Shown: piece by piece, positions 48,094 to 58,433 of the stretch | Layout: every line of letters starts with the position of its first letter | Numbering within the stretch: position 1 is the first letter of the stretch | Program-made: the position numbers and the translations under genes | Notes under the pieces: generated by a model | Databases searched by the model: none | Seen by the model: the letters and a program-made list of their open reading frames with translations, nothing else | What the model was told of the DNA's origin: nothing | Sequence record: SRR20825006_221 | Length of the DNA: 58,524 nucleotides | Strand: one strand, 5' to 3'

Positions 48094-49491
48094 ATGAAAA
48101 CCAATAGAATCTATTCATTATTGTTAGTTGCAAGTGTTCCGTTTTTACTTGTTTCCTGCTTTGCCGCAAAGGATTATATTCGTCCAGAAGTAGTGAACGA
48201 AGCTAATTACAGAACAGATAATCTGCCGCAGGATACCTTAACAATTGCTACAGTTTCTTGGAAAGAATTGTTTACAGACCCTATTCTTCAAGGATATATT
48301 GAAGAAGGGCTTACAAATAATATAGACATTCGTGTAGCACTTCAACAAATTAGAGTGGCTGAAGCATACATAAAACAAGGGAAAGCAAGCTACCTTCCTA
48401 CCTTAAATGGAAATGCGAAAGTTACACATCAACAATTTTCGCAAGGAAGTCAATTCGGAGCTCAGTTTTCTGAATTAACACAATTTGAATTAAGTGGAAG
48501 CCTTTCTTGGGAGGCAGATATTTGGGGCAAATTACGTAGTAATGATAGAGCTTTTCAAGCAACATATTTGCAAAGTGTTGCCGCACATCAAGCTGTAAAA
48601 AGTAGGTTAGTTGCAAATATTGCTTCCGTTTACTATCAATTATTGGCTTTAGACGAACAAATTCAGCTCACTGAAAAAACGATTGAAACGCGTTCAAAAG
48701 GATTGGAAACCACCAAAGCTTTAAAAGAAGCTGGAAATGTAACCGAAGTTGGAGTAAAGCAAACAGAAGCTCAATTATACACAGCTCAAGGAATTTTAAT
48801 CGATTTAAAAAATCAAGCTCGCTTATTGGAAAACACTTTATCCATACTTTTAGGAAGTGCTCCACAAGAAATAACACGTGGCAACCTAGAAAACCAAGTT
48901 ATTGCAACTCCATTAAACACAGGTGTTCCTACACAATTGCTTCGAAACCGTCCAGATGTTATGGCTGCTGAATACAGTTTAATGAATGCTTTTGAGCTTA
49001 CCAATGCAGCTCGTGCAAGTTTCTACCCTTCCTTGACACTTTCAGCCACGGGAGGCCTACAAAACTTAGAATTTGATAAACTTTTTAATGCAAACTCCCT
49101 ATTTGCAACGGTTATAGGTGGTTTGACACAACCGATTTTCAATAAACGTCAAATACGCACCCAATACGAAGTTTCTCAGGCACAACAAGAACAAGCATAT
49201 TTAGATTTTCGTCTCGCTGTAATAACTGCAAGTAAAGAAGTTTCAGATGCACTTTATAGTTATGAAGCTGCAACTGAAAAAATTGAAATTAGAGAAAAAG
49301 AGTTCAATGCATATAATTTGGCAACAGCTTATTCGGAAGAACTTTTAGATAATGGTTTGGCTACCTATTTGGAAGTTTTAACAGCTCAAGAAAATGCGCT
49401 AAACTCAAGCCTTAATTTAGTGAATGCAAAATACAATCAACTTCAGTCTATCGTAGATTTATACGAAGCTTTGGGTGGAGGTTGGAACTAA
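48094..49491 (+). CDS. RND outer membrane lipoprotein (OprM/NodT, TolC family); alternative start at 48037
   Basis: Lipobox LVSC, WEADIWG, LLRNRPDV, LYEALGGGW. Confidence 0.93.
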   Translation: MKTNRIYSLLLVASVPFLLVSCFAAKDYIRPEVVNEANYRTDNLPQDTLTIATVSWKELFTDPILQGYIEEGLTNNIDIRVALQQIRVAEAYIKQGKASYLPTLNGNAKVTHQQFSQGSQFGAQFSELTQFELSGSLSWEADIWGKLRSNDRAFQATYLQSVAAHQAVKSRLVANIASVYYQLLALDEQIQLTEKTIETRSKGLETTKALKEAGNVTEVGVKQTEAQLYTAQGILIDLKNQARLLENTLSILLGSAPQEITRGNLENQVIATPLNTGVPTQLLRNRPDVMAAEYSLMNAFELTNAARASFYPSLTLSATGGLQNLEFDKLFNANSLFATVIGGLTQPIFNKRQIRTQYEVSQAQQEQAYLDFRLAVITASKEVSDALYSYEAATEKIEIREKEFNAYNLATAYSEELLDNGLATYLEVLTAQENALNSSLNLVNAKYNQLQSIVDLYEALGGGWN

Positions 49492-49518
49492 TTTTTCATA
49501 TTTTTTTGTTGATTGATT

Positions 49519-49553
49519 GACTGTCCCAGCATTTTTGTTGGGGCAGTTTTTTT
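49519..49553 (+). terminator. Intrinsic terminator of the efflux operon
   Basis: ACTGTCCCAGCA-tttt-TGTTGGGGCAGT followed by a T tract. Confidence 0.8.
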
Positions 49554-49579
49554 ACATTATTCCAATTCTTTTTTAAATA

Positions 49580-49613
49580 CAAAACCAGCCATTTTAACAA
49601 ATAACTGGTTTTG
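49580..49613 (-). terminator. Probable terminator of the M4 protease gene
   Basis: Minus strand CAAAACCAGTTATTT / AAATGGCTGGTTTTG stem. Confidence 0.6.
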
Positions 49614-49644
49614 CATTAATTATATTAAAGCAATAAAGTATAGT

Positions 49645-51726
49645 TTATTGCTTTATAAATTTATGGTTGTATTTTCCATTATCTGGTCCTTCTAATGAAA
49701 GAATATAAACTCCTTTTACTAAACTAGAAACATCAATTTTATTATTCAAAATTTTCCCGTTTTGAATAAGCTGTCCAATTGTGTTTGAAATGGTATAACT
49801 TAATGTTCCAGTAGCTAACTTAGATGAGGTTACATTTAATTCACTATCTGCAGGGTTAGGATAAATTTTAAAAATAGCTGCTCCAAAATCTGAAACCCCA
49901 GCTGTTGGATCACAAAAAGCTGTTTCTAAACCAACGGCACACCAAGCTTTTTCTACTTCCAAAACCTCTGGAGATCCACCTCCATAAAGTTGTATTGCAG
50001 CTTCTATGGTAAAATCCTTTACAGCTTCATAATTAGTGCCCGATTCTATGTAAGAAACTTCAGCAGAATACACTAAATCTGCAGCTTTATCTAGGCCAAT
50101 ACCAGTTACATCATAGTCATAACTGTTGTCGTTTGTTCCTGTTCCTCCATCAGCTAATAGATAGAACCAGTAGTTTAATACCCCAGAATTTGTGTGCACA
50201 CCACAGTTGTCATTAGTTTGTCCTGGTGTAGGGCAACCTGCAGGCGTAGCATCTACCCAAAATTGACCTAAATAGGTATCTGGTTGCTCAAATAATTTTG
50301 GATTTTCCATTGATCTGAATCCATGAGGTACAGATAAAACAAAATCTTCTCCTAATATCCATCCTTCTTTTTCAGGAGCAGCATGAAATTCTACAACAGC
50401 TCCCCAAATATCTGATAAACCTTCATTTAAAGCTCCTGATTCTCTTTGGTATATTAGACCACCTTCAGCCCCTTGAATTGCATGACCTAATTCATGAGCT
50501 GTAACATCTAAGCCTACCAAAGCATCATAATCTCCTGTTCCTGCTGCTTCGTCATAATCTCCATCTCCATATATCATACACCCTTCACTTTCACTAGGCC
50601 CAATCCACCCTGCATTTATATAATTGGTTCCTACATGAACATAACTTCTTATTTTTGCGCCTTTGTCATCAAAGCTATTGCGATTATATCTATCTAAAAA
50701 GAAATCATACACTTCGGTTACTCCCCAATGTACATCTAAGGCAGCGGTATCTTTATTGGCACTGTGTTCTGCAGTAGTCCAATTATTATCGTTATCTTCA
50801 AAAGGAATAGAGAGGGCGTCAACAGCATCAATACCATTGAAAATTGCTGTGAGTTGGACAATAATGGGCTCTGTATTCTGTATGTCTTTTGTGTGTATGT
50901 CTTTACCTACATCAGATAAACTATAGTGATCAGTGTCAAACAAGGTCTCTATTGTTTTTGTTCCGCTGTATCTGGTTTCTGCTATTCCAGCGTCTAAAAA
51001 TGAAGTATTAAATTTTTTAAATAATAAATCTTTTTGTTTTTTACTTTGCACATAATTAATTTGTGCTTCAGTTATTTCTTTTTTTGGTGCAGTAGCATGA
51101 TTAAACATTAACGCGTCTTTAAGCAAAACATCTCCAGTTAATGCATCTAGATAAACTTTTTCCAAGCCAAAAATAGTGGAAGCAAGTTTATACATATACG
51201 CATAATTATCCTGCTTATTTGCACTAAATGCTGAAGGTATTATAACCAGTTTTCCAGCCATGTTTTGAGAAGCATTGATGGCGTAGCTGTTGCCTAGTTT
51301 GGCTAAGCCTATATTTAATATTTCAGAATCTGTTTTTAAATTTGCAATATTTGTTGGTAGTGAAATATTATTGTATGATCCATTTATGGAGGTAATTCTT
51401 CCATTTTTTGAGTGAACTTTATAAGAATTATAAGCTACTTCTATATTGTTGAAATATTGCGTATAAATATCATGTTGTGCACCATAATTATCTATTTCAG
51501 TAGTCTTTTTTTCTAAAGTATTGGCTTCATCAATTTGCAGAATCTGTTGCAAAAGTGTAGTAGCATCCGCTAAAGGGATGTTTGAGCTTGATTTGAAAGA
51601 AACAAATTTTGTAAGTCCATCAACATTAACATTTTTGTTACTAACATAATTTTCTCCAAGGTAGTTTTGAGCATTTCCTAATAAGCAGAAGCTTAGGAAT
51701 AAACTCATAAATAGTTTTTTTTTCAT
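49645..51726 (-). CDS. M4 (thermolysin) metallopeptidase with propeptide and T9SS type A CTD
   Basis: HELGH, GALNEGLSD, GVHTNSG; IYPNPA...KGVYIL...KFIK C-terminal domain. Confidence 0.93.
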   Translation of the reverse strand: MKKKLFMSLFLSFCLLGNAQNYLGENYVSNKNVNVDGLTKFVSFKSSSNIPLADATTLLQQILQIDEANTLEKKTTEIDNYGAQHDIYTQYFNNIEVAYNSYKVHSKNGRITSINGSYNNISLPTNIANLKTDSEILNIGLAKLGNSYAINASQNMAGKLVIIPSAFSANKQDNYAYMYKLASTIFGLEKVYLDALTGDVLLKDALMFNHATAPKKEITEAQINYVQSKKQKDLLFKKFNTSFLDAGIAETRYSGTKTIETLFDTDHYSLSDVGKDIHTKDIQNTEPIIVQLTAIFNGIDAVDALSIPFEDNDNNWTTAEHSANKDTAALDVHWGVTEVYDFFLDRYNRNSFDDKGAKIRSYVHVGTNYINAGWIGPSESEGCMIYGDGDYDEAAGTGDYDALVGLDVTAHELGHAIQGAEGGLIYQRESGALNEGLSDIWGAVVEFHAAPEKEGWILGEDFVLSVPHGFRSMENPKLFEQPDTYLGQFWVDATPAGCPTPGQTNDNCGVHTNSGVLNYWFYLLADGGTGTNDNSYDYDVTGIGLDKAADLVYSAEVSYIESGTNYEAVKDFTIEAAIQLYGGGSPEVLEVEKAWCAVGLETAFCDPTAGVSDFGAAIFKIYPNPADSELNVTSSKLATGTLSYTISNTIGQLIQNGKILNNKIDVSSLVKGVYILSLEGPDNGKYNHKFIKQ

Positions 51727-51915
51727 GAAGTTTGTTGGTTTTTATAAAACAATTAATAATCCCATAATATATAAAATATAATAACATATAGATTGTTTTT
51801 TTATGAAATTATAATTAAAGTAGGGTTTTTTTTACACATTATGTAATTTAAGTAAATTGGTTTTTCAGCATAAATTGTATTTTAAAAACGAAGTTTAAAT
51901 AATGTTATTTTAATT

Positions 51916-52383
51916 TCACCAACTACTAAAAGGGTTTTTAATGAGGTTAGAATTGTAATATTTAATATCACCAGTAACTTCTTTTCCTAACCAATCTGGT
52001 TTGGGAAATGATTCATTTTCAGATTTTAATTCAATTTCTGCAATAATTAATCCTTTGTTTTCGCCAATAAAATCATCTACTTCAAAAGTATGCTCGCCAT
52101 AATAAACTTCATATCGTGTTTTTTCTATAGTTCCAGGTTCACAAAGCGCAAGAAGCTCTTCGGCTTCTAGCATCGAAATTTGTTTTTCCCATTCAAACCG
52201 TGAAAGCCCCGATTTATTAGATTTTCCTTTTACTGTTATAAAACCTTCTTCCCCTTTAATTCGAACACGAACCGTTCGTTCGGGATGTGTGTTTAAAAAC
52301 CCTTGCACAATTCTAGTGCGTTTATGAGCTTCCTTTTTGAAAGCTTCGGAAGTAATTAAAAATTTACGTTCTATTTCTTGCAT
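51916..52383 (-). CDS. CYTH domain protein
   Basis: MQEIERKFL, VRVRI, EKTRY, AEIEL; real start at ATG 52383. Confidence 0.92.
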   Translation of the reverse strand: MQEIERKFLITSEAFKKEAHKRTRIVQGFLNTHPERTVRVRIKGEEGFITVKGKSNKSGLSRFEWEKQISMLEAEELLALCEPGTIEKTRYEVYYGEHTFEVDDFIGENKGLIIAEIELKSENESFPKPDWLGKEVTGDIKYYNSNLIKNPFSSW

Positions 52384-52433
52384 TGGTATTTTAAAAAGTG
52401 TGAGACTTGCCTTAAAGATATTAAATTTACAAG

Positions 52434-53537
52434 ATGCAAGAAAAGCTTCACTTACGCAAAATAATCCATGTAGATATGGATGCTTTTTATGCATCTGTGG
52501 AGCAATTAGACAATCCAGAATTACGCGGAAAACCAATTGCTGTTGGCGGAAAATCTGCCCGCGGTGTTGTTAGCGCTGCAAGTTATGAAGCCAGAAAATA
52601 TGGCGTTAGAAGTGCAATGAGTGGTGCAATGGCTCGAAAACTTTGCCCAGATTTAATTTTTGTGAAAACAAATTTTGATCGTTATAAAGAAGTTTCAAAG
52701 CAAATACGAAATATATTTTTTGAATATACTGATTTAGTGGAACCACTTTCATTAGATGAGGCCTATCTTGATGTTACCGAAAATAAAAAAGGTAATCCCA
52801 GCGCAACAATGATTGCCACGGAAATAAGAAAAAAAATTAAGGAAAAAACGGAACTAAACGCTTCTGCAGGAATATCGGTAAATAAATTTGTAGCTAAAAT
52901 AGCCAGTGATATCAATAAGCCTAACGGACAAAAAACGATTGGTCCAGAAGAAGTAGTTCCTTTTTTAGAAACACTGGATGTAAAAAAATTTTATGGCGTT
53001 GGAAAGGTTACTAAAGAAAAAATGTACCGTTTGGGAATTTTCACAGGAAAGGATTTAAAAGAAAAGTCGCTAGAATTTTTGGATGAACACTTCGGGAAGA
53101 GTGGTGGTTTTTATTATAATGTAGTTCGCGGAATTCACAACAGTACCGTAAAACCTTCTCGCACCCAAAAATCATTGGCTGCAGAACATACTTTTTCAGA
53201 AAATATTTCATCTGAAATTTTTATGATGGAACGCTTAAAAGAAATTGCTGGTGAAGTTGAACATAGATTGAAACGAAGTAAACTTGCAGGAAAAACAGTA
53301 ACTTTAAAAATAAAATACAGCGATTTTTCATTGCAAACTAGAAGCAAAACACTTCCACTATTTATTGCTTCAAAAGAATTGATTTTAGAAATAGTTAAAG
53401 ATTTGTTATTTCAAGAAAAAATGAAAGAATCGGTACGGTTGTTGGGAATTTCAATATCAAACCTTAACAATGAAACGCCTAAGAAAAAGGCAGTTACAAA
53501 AGAATCTATTGACGTACAACTTAAACTTGAATTTTAG
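52434..53537 (+). CDS. dinB: DNA polymerase IV
   Basis: HVDMDAFYASVE, SYEARKYG, SLDEAYLD, AKIASD.NKP. Confidence 0.97.
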   Translation: MQEKLHLRKIIHVDMDAFYASVEQLDNPELRGKPIAVGGKSARGVVSAASYEARKYGVRSAMSGAMARKLCPDLIFVKTNFDRYKEVSKQIRNIFFEYTDLVEPLSLDEAYLDVTENKKGNPSATMIATEIRKKIKEKTELNASAGISVNKFVAKIASDINKPNGQKTIGPEEVVPFLETLDVKKFYGVGKVTKEKMYRLGIFTGKDLKEKSLEFLDEHFGKSGGFYYNVVRGIHNSTVKPSRTQKSLAAEHTFSENISSEIFMMERLKEIAGEVEHRLKRSKLAGKTVTLKIKYSDFSLQTRSKTLPLFIASKELILEIVKDLLFQEKMKESVRLLGISISNLNNETPKKKAVTKESIDVQLKLEF

Positions 53538-53586
53538 AATATGAGAAAAAGTTACTTAGCTTATTATTAATTAAAAACTCCAAATT

Positions 53587-54348
53587 ATGAAGACCGTAAC
53601 CTTTTCTATTATTGCACTTGCAGGTTTAACTTTTCTTTTCTCCTGTAAAAATGACGCCAAAAACAACCAAGAAATTCAGGCTGTTGTAACAGATTCTATT
53701 CCCGTAGCAGTTGCTCCCAAAGCAATGTATGTAACTGCTGTAAGTGGTTTAACATTGCGTGAACATCCAAATTTACAAAGCGAAAAACTAGCCGTAATGC
53801 CTTTGGGTACAAAATTGAAAATTGTAACTTCTGAAGGAAAAACAACAATGAATGTGGGTGGCATCGATGGCGCAATGGATGAGGTAGAATTCAATAATAA
53901 AAAAGGGTTTGCCTTTAATGGTTTTATGTCGAAATTTTTTCCACCTGAAGAAGATGCTTTGGCAAAAAACTATGCCGAAGAACTTAAAAAGGATTTTCCG
54001 AATGTAACCTATGCTGAAGCCACAGGAGGTTCAGTAAGTAAGCCTACAAAAACAGAAACGCTTATTTTACCTACAGTAAAATGGCATGAATCATTTTTTA
54101 CTGCACAACAACTTTTTAATATTCCAAAAGAATTTGCTTTCCCAAACCCAAAAGGTTCCAACAATGAAACCCAGCAAAGTATCAGTAAAAAGAAAACCGA
54201 TTTTATCAGTGAGCTTCAAATTTCACGAGATGATAACGAACTTCAGAAAATAGTTTATAACTATAAAACAACTGGTTTTGGGTTTGTGGTAACTATTACC
54301 AAAGACGCAAACAGTATGAAACTTGAAAAAGTTGAAGTTGCGGATTGA
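53587..54348 (+). CDS. SH3b-domain lipoprotein
   Basis: Lipobox LFSC; SGLTLREHP...GFAFNGF SH3b pattern. Confidence 0.75.
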   Translation: MKTVTFSIIALAGLTFLFSCKNDAKNNQEIQAVVTDSIPVAVAPKAMYVTAVSGLTLREHPNLQSEKLAVMPLGTKLKIVTSEGKTTMNVGGIDGAMDEVEFNNKKGFAFNGFMSKFFPPEEDALAKNYAEELKKDFPNVTYAEATGGSVSKPTKTETLILPTVKWHESFFTAQQLFNIPKEFAFPNPKGSNNETQQSISKKKTDFISELQISRDDNELQKIVYNYKTTGFGFVVTITKDANSMKLEKVEVAD

Positions 54349-55779
54349 TTATTTTACCTGTGAAACCCGCAGCGTATTTACCATCCCTTTGTCTACAATT
54401 GGCATGGCTGCAAGGTTAATTAGATAATCGCCTTTGTGCACATAGCCTTTTTCAAAAGCTATTCTGTTTACATCGTCAACGGTTTCATCGGTACTCACAT
54501 ATCTGTCATAATAAAATGCTTTTACGCCCCATAACAAGTTTAGACGCGCAAGGATAAGCTTGTTTGAGGTGAAAGCCAAAATGAATGCTGAAGGCCTCCA
54601 AGCAGAAATTTGGAAAGCAGTATACCCACTATTTGTTAATGTGCAAATTGCTTGTGCCTCAATTTCATTAGCCATATGCGCTGCGTGATAACAAATAGAT
54701 TTTGTTACGTAGCGGTTAGTTTTTATTTGTGGCGGTTGCTGAGGCACATTGATTAATTCAGAATTTTCAACGCTTTTTAAAATTTTTGTCATGGTTTTAA
54801 TAACTGCCACAGGGTAATTACCTACGGAAGTTTCACCAGAAAGCATCACTGCATCTGCACCATCCATTACCGAATTTGCAACGTCGTTTACTTCTGCACG
54901 AGTTGGGGTAAGAGAAGTAATCATTGTTTCCATCATTTGGGTTGCAATTATTACTGGAATACGTGCGCGTTTTGCAGTTAGCACCAATTCTTTTTGAATA
55001 AGTGGAACTTCTTCCGCTGGAACTTCAACACCCAAATCGCCACGGGCAACCATCAAACCATCACAGTAAGCAACAATTTTATCAATATTTTCAACCGCTT
55101 CAGGTTTTTCTATTTTTGCTATGATAGGTATTTTATATTCAGAATGCGCTTCAATCAAGGCTTGAAGCTCTTTTAAATCTTCCGCATGGCGCACAAAAGA
55201 CAGTGCAAACCAATCTACTTTTTGTGTGATTGCAAAAATGGCATCTTCCTTATCTTTTGCAGTTAACGCAGGAAGCGAAATTTTTGTGTTTGGTAGGTTT
55301 ACACCCTTTTTAGAACGTAAAGGCCCGCCTTGAATTACCATTACTTTTACGGAGTCCTTTTTGTTTGTTTCAAGTACTTCGAAGATAAGTTTACCGTCGT
55401 CCAAAAGTACACGTTCACCTGCTTGAACATCGATTGGGAAATTGTCATAATTCATATAGACTTTTTCACGATTTCCTTCAAATTCATCGCCTGTACAGAA
55501 AAAAAGTTCATCGCCTGGTTGCACAACAACTTCTTCTTTCATCATTCCTACACGAAGTTTTGGCCCTTGAAGGTCTGCTAAAATAGCGACGTGTATATCT
55601 AATTCTTCAGAAAGTTTTCGGATGGTTTTTATATTCTTTTTTACCGTAGTATAATCTGCATGCGAAAAATTTACCCTAAAAACATCTACTCCTTCTAAAA
55701 TCATGTGTCTTAGAATTTCTTCACTTGAAGTTGAAGGGCCAAGCGTGGCTACTATTTTTGTTCTTTTTTTGTTTGACAT
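54349..55779 (-). CDS. pyk: Pyruvate kinase
   Basis: TKIVATLGP, DLQGPKLR, MVARGDLG, PTRAEVNDV. Confidence 0.98.
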   Translation of the reverse strand: MSNKKRTKIVATLGPSTSSEEILRHMILEGVDVFRVNFSHADYTTVKKNIKTIRKLSEELDIHVAILADLQGPKLRVGMMKEEVVVQPGDELFFCTGDEFEGNREKVYMNYDNFPIDVQAGERVLLDDGKLIFEVLETNKKDSVKVMVIQGGPLRSKKGVNLPNTKISLPALTAKDKEDAIFAITQKVDWFALSFVRHAEDLKELQALIEAHSEYKIPIIAKIEKPEAVENIDKIVAYCDGLMVARGDLGVEVPAEEVPLIQKELVLTAKRARIPVIIATQMMETMITSLTPTRAEVNDVANSVMDGADAVMLSGETSVGNYPVAVIKTMTKILKSVENSELINVPQQPPQIKTNRYVTKSICYHAAHMANEIEAQAICTLTNSGYTAFQISAWRPSAFILAFTSNKLILARLNLLWGVKAFYYDRYVSTDETVDDVNRIAFEKGYVHKGDYLINLAAMPIVDKGMVNTLRVSQVK

Positions 55780-56274
55780 TTAATCGAAAATTAAATTGTT
55801 TTTAGATTTTATACTGTCTGTATTTACCGTATAAGCTGAAACAATTTGTGTTATATTATTTATTTCTGAAACAAAGTTTCGCAATGGCATATTTTCAAAA
55901 TCTGAATATATTTTCAGAAAATAATCTACTTTTTTAAATTCAGGAAGCAAATAATGATTTGTAGCTTTTTCTGAATTAAATTCTGAAAACAATCCGCCTG
56001 AACTTTGTAAAGTTGCTTCCGTGGTTCTACATTTATTGGCAACGAGGTAAAATTGATTGAAGTTACGCTCGTCTATAAAATCGAAAATTGGAAACGTAAT
56101 CATCAAACCATTTGCAGGAAAATCAATATCTACTCTTCGTCTTTGAAATCTGGTGTGAAGATATTTATTGATTAAATATGCAATTTTATAATCTTCTTCC
56201 CCAGAATGTATGGCGATGAGTGTAAATGGTTCTTCAAAAAAATCATCTTCAATAAGTAATTTTTGATTTGCCAT
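55780..56274 (-). CDS. IPExxxVDY family protein
   Basis: LLPEFKKVDYFL motif; lies between rnc and pyk. Confidence 0.8.
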   Translation of the reverse strand: MANQKLLIEDDFFEEPFTLIAIHSGEEDYKIAYLINKYLHTRFQRRRVDIDFPANGLMITFPIFDFIDERNFNQFYLVANKCRTTEATLQSSGGLFSEFNSEKATNHYLLPEFKKVDYFLKIYSDFENMPLRNFVSEINNITQIVSAYTVNTDSIKSKNNLIFD

Positions 56275-56417
56275 GGAAGATTTTAATCCTGTGATTGTTT
56301 TAGGTTTGTGATTGTAATACGCTTCACAAAGTCTTTTACAAAAATAGACAACTTTAAATGTAATATCGAAACAACTTGCTGGTTCTTGCGAATATTGACA
56401 GAAAATTAACCTTCTCT

Positions 56418-57161
56418 TTAAGGTTTTTCTGAATCAATTTTAATTTGGAGTTTGTAAAAAGCTCGTTTTGCGGCACGTTCTTCTGCTTTCTTTTTTGAAG
56501 TAGCACGTGCTTTTGTAATTATTTCGTCATCTAATTTTAACCGAACGGCAAAATGTTTTAATTCATCTTTACCATTGTCTTCATAGATTTCAAAATTAAA
56601 TTGCTTTTTGTGTTTTTGACACCATTCAATTAAAAGACTTTTGTAGCTAATTACTTTTCCTTCTAGTTTTTTGATGTCTACATAGGGTTTTATAACCCTT
56701 TTTTGAATAAATTTTTCGCAATAATTAAAACCTCTATCTAAATAAATTGCGCCAACTAGAGCTTCAAAAACATTTCCATAAATATTTCCGCTAAATTGTT
56801 GCGTTGGAATGGTGGTTTTTAAAAATTTTACGAGGTGAAGATCTCTCCCAAGTTCATTTAAATGTTCTCGGCTTACAACTTTACTTCGCATTTTTGTAAG
56901 ATAGCCTTCGTTTCCGCCAGGTACTTTTTTAAAAAGATGTGCGGCTATTACAGCACCAAGCATGGCATCGCCTAAAAATTCTAGGCGTTCGTAGTTTTGA
57001 GGTTGCCCATCCGTATTTTTTTCATTGGTAGAGCGATGGGTAAAGGCAGTTTCATAAATTGAAATGTCTTTGGGCTTAAAGCCTAATATTTTTTTTAGGG
57101 AACTGGAAAATTCCCCGTTCTTGTTTGAACGAGATGTAAATATGTTTTTAATGGAAGCCAT
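56418..57161 (-). CDS. rnc: Ribonuclease III
   Basis: NYERLEFLGDA, FEALVGAIYLDRG, C-terminal dsRBD SKKKAE. Confidence 0.97.
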   Translation of the reverse strand: MASIKNIFTSRSNKNGEFSSSLKKILGFKPKDISIYETAFTHRSTNEKNTDGQPQNYERLEFLGDAMLGAVIAAHLFKKVPGGNEGYLTKMRSKVVSREHLNELGRDLHLVKFLKTTIPTQQFSGNIYGNVFEALVGAIYLDRGFNYCEKFIQKRVIKPYVDIKKLEGKVISYKSLLIEWCQKHKKQFNFEIYEDNGKDELKHFAVRLKLDDEIITKARATSKKKAEERAAKRAFYKLQIKIDSEKP

Positions 57162-57169
57162 TAATTGTT

Positions 57170-58423
57170 TTAGGCATCTAGTTTTTTAAAGAGCACACAA
57201 GCATTGTGCCCACCAAACCCAAATGTATTACTCATTGCTACTTTTATATCGCGTTTTTGAGCTTTATTTAAGGTAAGGTTTAAAGAGGGGTCGATGTTTT
57301 CATCTACCGTAGTATGGTTTATAGTAGGTGGAACAATCCCGTGTTTCATTCCCAAAATAGAAGCGATTGCTTCAATAGCACCAGCTGCACCCAAAAGGTG
57401 TCCGGTCATAGATTTTGTAGAATTGATGTTAATATCTTTGGCATGATCACCAAAAACATTTACAATTGCTTTCAATTCAGCAACATCACCAAGGGGTGTT
57501 GAGGTTCCATGTGTGTTTATGGCATCCACTTCGTTAGGAGCCATATTGGCATCGCGAAGCGTGTTTAGCATTACACGTTCTACACCAATTCCATCTGGAT
57601 GTGGGGCAGTCATGTGGTATGCATCACTGCTCATACCGCCGCCTACAACTTCGGCGTAAATTTTTGCGCCACGCTTTTTTGCGTGTTCGTATTCTTCTAG
57701 GATTAATGCGCCAGCACCTTCGCCCAAAACAAAACCATCGCGTGTCGCATCAAAAGGGCGAGAGGCTGTAGTAGGGCTTTCATTAAGGGTTGATAAAGCA
57801 TGCATTGCATTAAACCCTCCCATTCCTGCTTTGGTTACTGCGGCTTCACTACCACCAGTTACAATAATATCGCAATGTCCTAAACGAATGTAATTTAGGG
57901 CATCAATCATTGCGTTTGCAGAAGATGCACAGGCCGAAACTGTTGTGTAGTTTGGCCCCATAAAACCATGCTTAATAGAAATGTTTCCAGGCGCAATGTC
58001 TGCAATCATTTTTGGAATAAAGAAGGGGTTGAAACGTGGTGTTCCATCCCCTTCTGCAAAGTTTATTACTTCATTTTGAAAAGTTTCTAACCCTCCTATT
58101 CCGGCTCCCCATATTACACCTACGCGAAATTTATCAACCTTATCTAGGTTTATTCCAGCATCTAGTATAGCTTCATCTGATGAAACTAAGGCATATTGAG
58201 CAAAACGGTCCAGTTTTCGGGCTTCTTTCCTGTCAAAATGGTCTTCTGCGTTGAAATTCTTCAATTCGCAAGCGAATTTTGTTTTGAACTTTTCAGTATC
58301 AAAATACGTAATGGGCGCACAGCCACTTTTCCCACTGATAAGTGCTTCCCAATATTCATTAATATTGTTGCCAATAGGGGTAAGGGCACCAAGGCCTGTA
58401 ACTACAACTCGCTTTAATTCCAT
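57170..58423 (-). CDS. fabF: Beta-ketoacyl-ACP synthase II
   Basis: RVVVTGLG, SACASS, HGTSTPLGD, KSMTGHLLGAAG, FGFGGHN. Confidence 0.97.
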   Translation of the reverse strand: MELKRVVVTGLGALTPIGNNINEYWEALISGKSGCAPITYFDTEKFKTKFACELKNFNAEDHFDRKEARKLDRFAQYALVSSDEAILDAGINLDKVDKFRVGVIWGAGIGGLETFQNEVINFAEGDGTPRFNPFFIPKMIADIAPGNISIKHGFMGPNYTTVSACASSANAMIDALNYIRLGHCDIIVTGGSEAAVTKAGMGGFNAMHALSTLNESPTTASRPFDATRDGFVLGEGAGALILEEYEHAKKRGAKIYAEVVGGGMSSDAYHMTAPHPDGIGVERVMLNTLRDANMAPNEVDAINTHGTSTPLGDVAELKAIVNVFGDHAKDININSTKSMTGHLLGAAGAIEAIASILGMKHGIVPPTINHTTVDENIDPSLNLTLNKAQKRDIKVAMSNTFGFGGHNACVLFKKLDA

Positions 58424-58433
58424 AGAAGAATTG

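Noticed and set aside
43201-51726. RND operon plus M4 protease as a genomic island
   Set aside because: No integrase, tRNA, att-like repeats or transposase; any compositional shift cannot be quantified by eye.
52384-52433. SOS box upstream of dinB
   Set aside because: No convincing palindrome in the 50-nt divergent spacer.
52384-52536. N-terminal extension of the CYTH ORF overlapping dinB
   Set aside because: The CYTH ExERKF motif begins at ATG 52383; the extension is antisense to conserved dinB codons.
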